The notes beneath the pieces were generated by a model. The model ran no database searches. It was not told where the DNA came from and saw only the letters and a program-made list of their open reading frames with translations. A stretch of DNA of 64,000 nt, from positions 64,001 through 128,000 of the forward strand of contig CAVPOM010000015.1 in assembly GCA_963707025.1 (NCBI GenBank). Reading direction: 5' to 3'. The DNA is from an uncultured Verrucomicrobiae bacterium. Its GTDB lineage: Bacteria; Verrucomicrobiota; Verrucomicrobiia; Limisphaerales; Palsa-1400. Shown here one piece after another: positions 57,545 to 64,000 of this stretch. A program made the position numbers and the translations under genes. Numbering within the stretch: the stretch's first letter is position 1; each line of letters begins with the position of its first letter.

Positions 57545-60500
57545 TTACTGTCTGCTGAACCAGACGCTGGAACTGCCGCCGCGATTGAGCCGGGCGTAGT
57601 TGGGAATGGCCAGGAGCGGGCTGCCGTTGGTGTAAGCGCCGGTGATTTCCCAGAAACCGCCCAGCAGGCTGGTGTGCTGGAGGGACAAAGGGGCGTTGGA
57701 GCCAAGCACCAGGCCGGTATTTTGATCCACGCTCTCGATATTGTAGATCAGCGGCCCATACTGCAAAGCGACCAACCCCACATTGGCGGCCACCTTGGTG
57801 GAACATCTGATTTGTTGAATGGCCATCGGCAACGCCAGGTCCACCCGGTCCCCCGCCGTCCACGTCCGGGTGATGACGGCATATCCATTGGTGACCCCCG
57901 GCGAAATGGGCGACCCATTCAACCGGAGGGAGGCCAGGCCGCTGATCGGCGGCGTGGGAGTATAAAGGGCGCTCAGGGTCCGGTTCGGCGCGCGGATGAA
58001 CAGGGTGAAAAGCGCCGGGGTGGAAGGGTTGACGGTGATGGCCACCGTGTTGGTCCAAGGATAATCGGTGGCTTGAACCATCGTCACCGTGGCGCCGGAG
58101 ATGTTGGAAATGGTGACGCTGCCGCCGATGAACAGATTGAGGTAAATGGCATTGGAGGAGCGGGCATACATCCAAGTGGGCAGTTGGAAAAGCGTTCTGG
58201 CGGCGTTGCCATAACAGCAGGGAACACCCGTCCAGGAAACGCGCGCCGCGCTGGAATTGAGCGGGTTGGGATAGAAGATATTGCTGGCCTGGTCGTCGAG
58301 GGAGCCGAGGACTTCATTATAGAGGACGTTCTCCATCAGGTCGGCATATTTGGCATCCTGACAGGCGAGGTTCATCTTGTGGAAGAAAAACAGAGAGCCG
58401 CAACCGGCGCAGGTTTCGCAATAGGATGCATTGGGCAGCGAATAGTTGTTGCCAAAGCCCTCGGAGGTCTCGCCGCTGCCCGCCCCGCCCGTCAGGTAGT
58501 ATTTTTTATTGACGAAATTATCGAAGAACGACAGCGCCGCGCTTTGATAGTCCGGAGTCTGGGTTTCGATGGCCACATCGGCCACGCCGGAACAGAGGTA
58601 TTGGCTGCGCACGGCGTGGCCCACGACCTCATATTGCTGTTTGACCGGCAACTGGCTCTGGTCGTAGTCGGCGCCGTCGTTTTCCGCCGCGTTGGCGGCG
58701 GGAGTGCCCCGGCAATCCATCAGGAACTTGGCCAAGTTGATATACTTCTGGCCGTTGGTCGGTCCCTCGAATTCATTGACGAAGCGTCCCAGATGCACCA
58801 GGGCCTGTTCCATGTTCTCATGTCCGTCGAACCAGCTCTTGACGCCCGGCCCCAGATGGGCGCACCAGCAATCGGCCAGCTTTTTGGCGGCGTTGTAGAA
58901 GGTGGGATCGGTCCGGCCCGTGCTCAGAAAATGCGCCAGACCGGCTTCGATAAAATAACCGCCCACGTAGCCTTCGTGATCGGTGTTAATGGTCCAGCGG
59001 CCCAGACCCCGCAGGGTCGTATAGGTGTGCAGATAGCCGTCGGACTCCTGGGCGCTGAGAATGAGCGGAATCCAATAAGCCAGATTGGTCTGGAAGGCGG
59101 CCTGGGCGGCGAGGATGGCAGGATCACCCTGCGCATTATAGGTCAGCGCATAGCTCATGGCTTCGACGGTGTTCAAGGTGTAGGCGTCCGCCCACGGGTC
59201 CACATTGGGCACCGCATAGGCCCGTCCCGCCAGTTTGTTGCCGGCCTGAATGAAACTGTAGATGTTGCCCTGCGCCAGATTGGTGTTGTTCAGTTGTGCG
59301 TAAAGGTGGGGAATCCAATGGACGAGGGTGTTTTTCAACCGGTAATTCCAGAGCGAACTGTTGATGAGGTAGGAATTCTTTTCCACATACACCGGCAGGG
59401 CATGGGCCGCCGGAAACGGAGGCGCCACGGTCAGGTTCAGCGTGTTGCTGCTGTAGTATTGACCATCAAAGGCCGTCAATTGAATCACCGCCGGGCCGGA
59501 AGGCCCGCCCACGGCGGCGCTGGTGACCAAGGCGCTGGCATTGCTGAAAGCGACGGTGTTCGCGCCGGAGGCCAGACTCCACGCCACAACCGGGTGGAGG
59601 TAAAGCTTGCCGTCGTCCTGCACGGTTCCTGTCAAATAAGTGTTTCCGCCCACCACCACCTCGCGATCCACGCCGCCGCCCACGCTGGGGGGAAAGTTGG
59701 CCGAAGCGCCCGTGTCATAAACCTTCCATTGCAAGATGCCGGTGGACTGGGTCCCGGCGGAAGTGAACAAGAGCCGGAGCGCCGTGGTGGTAACGGGTGT
59801 AAAAGTGGTGGTGTTAAACTGGTTGGAGGACACTCCCAGCCCGACCGGGTTGCCCACCAAATCCCAGTTGGTCCCGTCCCAGTATTCGAGGCTGCAGGAG
59901 CTTGGGGCGGAGATGCCGGCGCCATCCTCCCACCAATAAACGTCCATCCTGGCGGTGTTGATGGGCTGGCTCCAATCGTATTCCACCCATTGCGTCCCGG
60001 TTTGCGGCCAATTGCCGTAGGCTCCCTGGCTGTCGTCGGCGGAGCTGGATGGATTGTCACCATTCTGGATGACGCCGAGGGTTTGCCACGCGGATACATA
60101 GGAGGTGGCCGGCGTGGCCAACGGGCCGAGATTGATGCCGGGCGGCAACGAATCAAACTGCGCAATGCGATAAAATCCCGCCGGCGCCATCGCCCCGCCC
60201 CGCTGGAGATACGACATCAGGGAGTTGGTGGCCTGAACGGGGATCGGGAAAAGATTCTCCCAGTTCGCCGGCGCCAAGGAAGCGGCGTATTGCACCAGGT
60301 AATACTGGGTTGGATTGCCGTTGAAAGTAATATTCACATTGGTCCCTTGCACGGCCGCCTGCGCCAAAAGCGGAGGGGGCGGCGGGCCGAGTTGGACCAG
60401 AAAAACGCGGTCGCCCACCAGGATGTTGCACGCATTGTCCGGCCCGCCACTTTCGCCCAACGTGCTGCCATTGTAGGCCGCGCCGCCGGCATAGACATCG

Positions 60501-61114
60501 TTGGAAGTGCCGAGGCACTCGAAGTAAGCCGTGACGGTGGGACTGCTGACATCAAATCCGTAAGTCTTGCCAGGGGCCAGTGTGAAGGGATTGGCGAAGG
60601 CGAATCGCAACCACATCCCGTCGCCGTTGGTCGAACTGTGCGCGCCTGACCAGCCCTCTGTCCCCGTCGTGGTGTAAGTTTCGCTATAGAGGACAAAGCC
60701 CGCCGTGCCGGCCTGGGCCGGATCGGTCACGCGGATGGAGAGGGTGATGCCGCTGTTCATTTCCCAGTAAGTGAGCGCGGTATTGGCCGTATAGCCGGCG
60801 TGTTGCAGCCAGACCGACGCCATCGCGTAGCCGCCGGGATTATTGCCGGTGGTGAAGGTCTGGCCCTGGTCGGGACGGTCGCCGGCCACATAGGTGAAGG
60901 CATCGTTGGCCTGGCCGTCGGCGAAAGCGGAGCCGTTGCCCACGTTGGCGCCGTCGTGACTGGCGCCAACAAAGTTGCAGATATCATTGGGTCCCGGTGT
61001 TGGGGCGGTGGTGGAAAAGGTGAGTGTGGCCGCCCAACCGGACCACGCCAGGCCCAGCAGCGCCCAGGCCAGCCATGCCCCGGTGGAAATCGGATGTGGC
61101 GTGCGCAATTTCAT
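57545..61114 (-). CDS. Secreted multidomain GH127 (beta-L-arabinofuranosidase-like) protein
   Basis: Signal peptide and beta-rich accessory domains. GH127 motifs QESDGYL, HEGY, GHENMEQAL, GHAVR, YCETC, CCYGN, TDYPW, GPLIY. Confidence 0.88.
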   Translation of the reverse strand: MKLRTPHPISTGAWLAWALLGLAWSGWAATLTFSTTAPTPGPNDICNFVGASHDGANVGNGSAFADGQANDAFTYVAGDRPDQGQTFTTGNNPGGYAMASVWLQHAGYTANTALTYWEMNSGITLSIRVTDPAQAGTAGFVLYSETYTTTGTEGWSGAHSSTNGDGMWLRFAFANPFTLAPGKTYGFDVSSPTVTAYFECLGTSNDVYAGGAAYNGSTLGESGGPDNACNILVGDRVFLVQLGPPPPPLLAQAAVQGTNVNITFNGNPTQYYLVQYAASLAPANWENLFPIPVQATNSLMSYLQRGGAMAPAGFYRIAQFDSLPPGINLGPLATPATSYVSAWQTLGVIQNGDNPSSSADDSQGAYGNWPQTGTQWVEYDWSQPINTARMDVYWWEDGAGISAPSSCSLEYWDGTNWDLVGNPVGLGVSSNQFNTTTFTPVTTTALRLLFTSAGTQSTGILQWKVYDTGASANFPPSVGGGVDREVVVGGNTYLTGTVQDDGKLYLHPVVAWSLASGANTVAFSNASALVTSAAVGGPSGPAVIQLTAFDGQYYSSNTLNLTVAPPFPAAHALPVYVEKNSYLINSSLWNYRLKNTLVHWIPHLYAQLNNTNLAQGNIYSFIQAGNKLAGRAYAVPNVDPWADAYTLNTVEAMSYALTYNAQGDPAILAAQAAFQTNLAYWIPLILSAQESDGYLHTYTTLRGLGRWTINTDHEGYVGGYFIEAGLAHFLSTGRTDPTFYNAAKKLADCWCAHLGPGVKSWFDGHENMEQALVHLGRFVNEFEGPTNGQKYINLAKFLMDCRGTPAANAAENDGADYDQSQLPVKQQYEVVGHAVRSQYLCSGVADVAIETQTPDYQSAALSFFDNFVNKKYYLTGGAGSGETSEGFGNNYSLPNASYCETCAGCGSLFFFHKMNLACQDAKYADLMENVLYNEVLGSLDDQASNIFYPNPLNSSAARVSWTGVPCCYGNAARTLFQLPTWMYARSSNAIYLNLFIGGSVTISNISGATVTMVQATDYPWTNTVAITVNPSTPALFTLFIRAPNRTLSALYTPTPPISGLASLRLNGSPISPGVTNGYAVITRTWTAGDRVDLALPMAIQQIRCSTKVAANVGLVALQYGPLIYNIESVDQNTGLVLGSNAPLSLQHTSLLGGFWEITGAYTNGSPLLAIPNYARLNRGGSSSVWFSRQ

Positions 61115-61232
61115 GGGCTCCTTGGTTGTCGCTTAATGGTCCCAGAGAATACCCCTGGCGCTCACAAAAGGCAAATGAAGCTGAGATTTCCAGTATTGCG
61201 CCGGGGCGCGGCGATGTCAAATATGCGGGCTG

Positions 61233-62814
61233 GTGATCCTTTTTGAAGACGAACACTTGCTGGTGGCCAACAGGCCGGCCTGAACACGCATGCGCCCTCG
61301 CCTTATGCCGGCGAGGGTTTGTATGAGTGGCTGAAAAACAGCGGCCCGCGCCGGGCCGCCCTGGCCATTATCCACCGGCTGGACAAGGAAACCTCCGGCC
61401 TGATCGTTTTCGGCAAAACCACCCCGGCCAACCGCACTCTCACCCGGCAGTTCGAGGAGCGGGCCGTGCAAAAAAAATATGTTTTACTCACCGACCGGAA
61501 GACGGCTTTTGCCCGGCTGACCGCGCAGTCGTGGCTGAGGCGGGTGGGGGAAAGATACGCGGGCCTGCCCACCGGGGCGAAAGGCGGGGCCGCCAGGACC
61601 GCCTTCCGCCTGGTCCAGCCGCCGCCGCCGCGGCCCGGCGGCCTGGAGGGCTGCTTTGTCTGGGAGGCCGAACCCGCCACCGGCCGCACGCACCAGATCC
61701 GCGTCCACGCCGCCGCGCATGGGTTCCCGATTTTGGGCGACACGCTTTACGGCGGGACGCCGGCGGCGCGGGTTTATCTGCACGCGGCGCAACTGGGCTT
61801 TCGCCATCCCGCCAGCGGGGAAAACGTTTTGTTTGACGCGCCGCCGGATTTTTCCGCCGATCCGCGCGCGGCGCTGCGCGCGGCCCTCATTGATCCGGGC
61901 GCCACCGACGCCTTCCGCCTCCTGCACGGCGCGGCGGACGGCTGGCCCGGTTTGTACGCGGACCGGCTGGGCGGATACCTGCTGGCGCAATCGGCGGGAG
62001 TGATGACCGGGGAGGAGCGCGCCTGGGTGGAGGAATTGGGGCGGCGGTTTGCCGCGCGCGGCCTTTATCACAAAATCCTCCGGCGCCAGCCGGTCGGCGG
62101 CCAGGGGCGGGAAACCGCGCCGCAATGGCTGGCGGGGGAAAAGGCGCCGGAGGAAATTCTGGCGCGGGAAAACGGCCTGCGCTTCGCCCTGCGCCTGGCC
62201 GAAGGTTATTCGGCCGGGCTGTTCCTCGATCAGCGGGAAAACCGGCGGCGGTTGTTGACAGGTTGGATCGCGCCGGATTTCAGCCTCGCCCGGCCGGCCC
62301 GGGTCCTCAACGCCTTTGCCTACACCTGCGCCTTTTCGGTTTGCGCGGCGGCGGGCGGCGCGCAGGTGGCCAGCCTGGATCTTTCCAAAAAATACCTGGA
62401 ATGGGGAAAACGCAATTTTGCCCTCAATGGCCTGGAACCCTCCGCCCACGAATTCATTTTTGGCGAGGCCTTTGGCTGGTTGCGGCGCCTGGCCAAAAAG
62501 GGACGTCTGTTCGACGCCATCATTTTGGACCCGCCCACCTTTTCGCGCTCCAAGGAACACGGCGTTTTCCAGGCGGAAAAAGATTACGGAACGCTCGTCG
62601 CCGCCGCGCTGCCCTTGCTGGCGCGCGACGGCATTCTCCTGGCTTCGACCAACGCCGCGACTTTGCAACCGGAGCGATTCCTGGAAATGGTGGCGGCGGC
62701 CATCACCGGCAGGCCGCCGCGTTACGCAGCAGCATTACGTTCCGCAGCCCCCGGATTTTCCGGTGCATCGCCAGAGCCGCCTACTTGAAGACGGTCTGGC
62801 TGCGCGTCGCCTGA
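61233..62814 (+). CDS. RluA-family pseudouridine synthase fused to an RlmI/RlmK-like SAM methyltransferase (frameshifts near 61275 and 62710-62780)
   Basis: ILFEDEHLLVAN, HRLDKETSG, TGRTHQIRVH, PILGD.LYG, then GLFLDQRENR, VLNAFAYT, IILDPPTF and YLKTVWL in shifted frames. Confidence 0.88.
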
Positions 62815-63302
62815 GTGATTTCCATCTCGTAGCGGGAAACAAAGTAAGGCCCGACCTCCCGGTCACTATGATGCCTGAAGCCAAATTCCTCGTAGAAGGC
62901 GCGCAACCTCGGACGCGAAGCTTCGCAGTCCAGCCGGAGCCAGCGCCTGCCTAGAAAGCGCGCCCGCGCCACCGCCCAGTCCAGCAAGGCGCGCGACACG
63001 CCCGTTCCGGCAAAGCGCAGGCGCACGGCCAGGCGATGCACGAAGGCCGATTCCCCGGCCGGCACATCCGGCCAGAAGAGCGCATCGTCAAGTTGAAATT
63101 TCACGGTGCCGGCGGCTTCCCCGCCGCATTCAGCCAGGTAAATCAGGCCGGCTTCCACATCGGCGGCCAGGCGGGCGGGAACCAACTCGCTGTCGCGCCA
63201 CATCACCCGTCCGCTCTCTTCGACCCAGCGCGCCGCCTCCCGCAATATGGCCACCACCGAGTCGGTGTCTCGCGCGGTCGCCTGGCGGATGAAAGGCCGC
63301 AT
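62781..63302 (-). CDS. GNAT-family N-acetyltransferase
   Basis: FVHRLAVR..FAGTGV...LRLDC...LRAFYEEFGF. Confidence 0.88.
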   Translation of the reverse strand: MRPFIRQATARDTDSVVAILREAARWVEESGRVMWRDSELVPARLAADVEAGLIYLAECGGEAAGTVKFQLDDALFWPDVPAGESAFVHRLAVRLRFAGTGVSRALLDWAVARARFLGRRWLRLDCEASRPRLRAFYEEFGFRHHSDREVGPYFVSRYEMEITQATRSQTVFK

Positions 63303-63561
63303 GGGAACTGGTGCAAGGCTCATAGCAGATCTGGCGTAAAGGAGCGGCGGGCTGTTACTGCAGGATTGAAGTCCCGGAGCAAAGCTAGGCGCGCAGGTTT
63401 CATTAGCAGGCAGGCGGAAAAGTTGCCCTGGAGCGGGCGGTTGTCAACTTATTGTGAAAGGCCGCTGCCATGAGTGGCCTGTCGTAAGATTGATAATTGA
63501 TAAAAAGGCCAAAATCTTTCCTTGACAGCGCGCCCGTTGCTATACAAGACTGGCCGCTTAT

Positions 63562-63920
63562 ATGACTAACCTTCACAACCTGACCGTTGCCCAACTGCGC
63601 AAAGTGGTGGCAATCAAAGAAAGAATAGAAGCCTGGCAAAGCAAGCTGGACTCCATTGCCGGCGGTGCGGCGGCCCCTGAGCCATCGGGCCCGGCAGGCG
63701 CAAGAAGCGCCGCATGTCGGCCGCGGCGCGCGCCCGCATCGGCGCGGCCCAGAGGGCGCGCTGGGCCAAAGCCAGGAGAGGCAGGAAAGCTTCCGCCCGG
63801 GCCGCCGCTCCTGTAAAGAAGAAGAAACGGAAAGTCAGCGCGGCCGCCCGGGCCAAGCTTTCCGCCATAGCCAAAGCCCGTTGGGCGAAAGTCAAGGCTT
63901 CAGGCAAATCAACGCTTTGA
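63562..63920 (+). CDS. Small basic histone-like/nucleoid-associated protein (frameshift near 63695)
   Basis: Coiled-coil-like N-terminus (LTVAQLRKVVAIKERIE) joined across a frameshift to two repeats of K..(M/V)SAAARA......ARWAK. TTGACA lies upstream at 63522. Confidence 0.7.
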
Positions 63921-64000
63921 TTCCCCGCCGGGACGCCTGGCGCCGGAGTGAAAAGAGCTGAAGGTTTCCTTTGAAACTCCGGGGATGCATTGTCTTGCCC

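Overview
A 64 kb window from a GC-rich bacterium, most likely Verrucomicrobiota (inferred from a VPDSG-CTERM protein, GloVer repeats and Verrucomicrobia-type surface domains). Left to right it holds: a CzcCBA-type metal efflux operon preceded by a CxxC/RAPP (DUF2946-like) leader ORF; a PL4 lyase and a double esterase; a decayed tRNA-Glu att/integrase remnant; an ABC-F ATPase; a sigma54-driven VPDSG-CTERM gene; an ECF sigma/Ser-Thr kinase/surface-repeat locus; and a decayed integrative element with tyrosine recombinases and IS debris, ending in a tRNA-Arg(UCU) 3' fragment. Next comes a tightly coupled five-gene operon (KamA-family radical SAM aminomutase, pcaI, pcaJ, class III aminotransferase, pcaF). 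I infer that it encodes a catabolic route from an acidic alpha-amino acid, best guess 2-aminoadipate, through the beta-amino acid into the beta-ketoadipate pathway. This is the top finding. The remainder holds HDOD, PiT/DUF47, an atypical FolP-like gene, an EgtD-like gene, an internally deleted group IIC intron, an IS3-destroyed repressor/N6-methylase cassette, oxidoreductases, a GH127, an RluA-methyltransferase fusion, a GNAT and a small basic nucleoid-like protein. Several housekeeping-like genes carry small frameshifts, probably assembly indels. All calls are by eye; no database searches were run.
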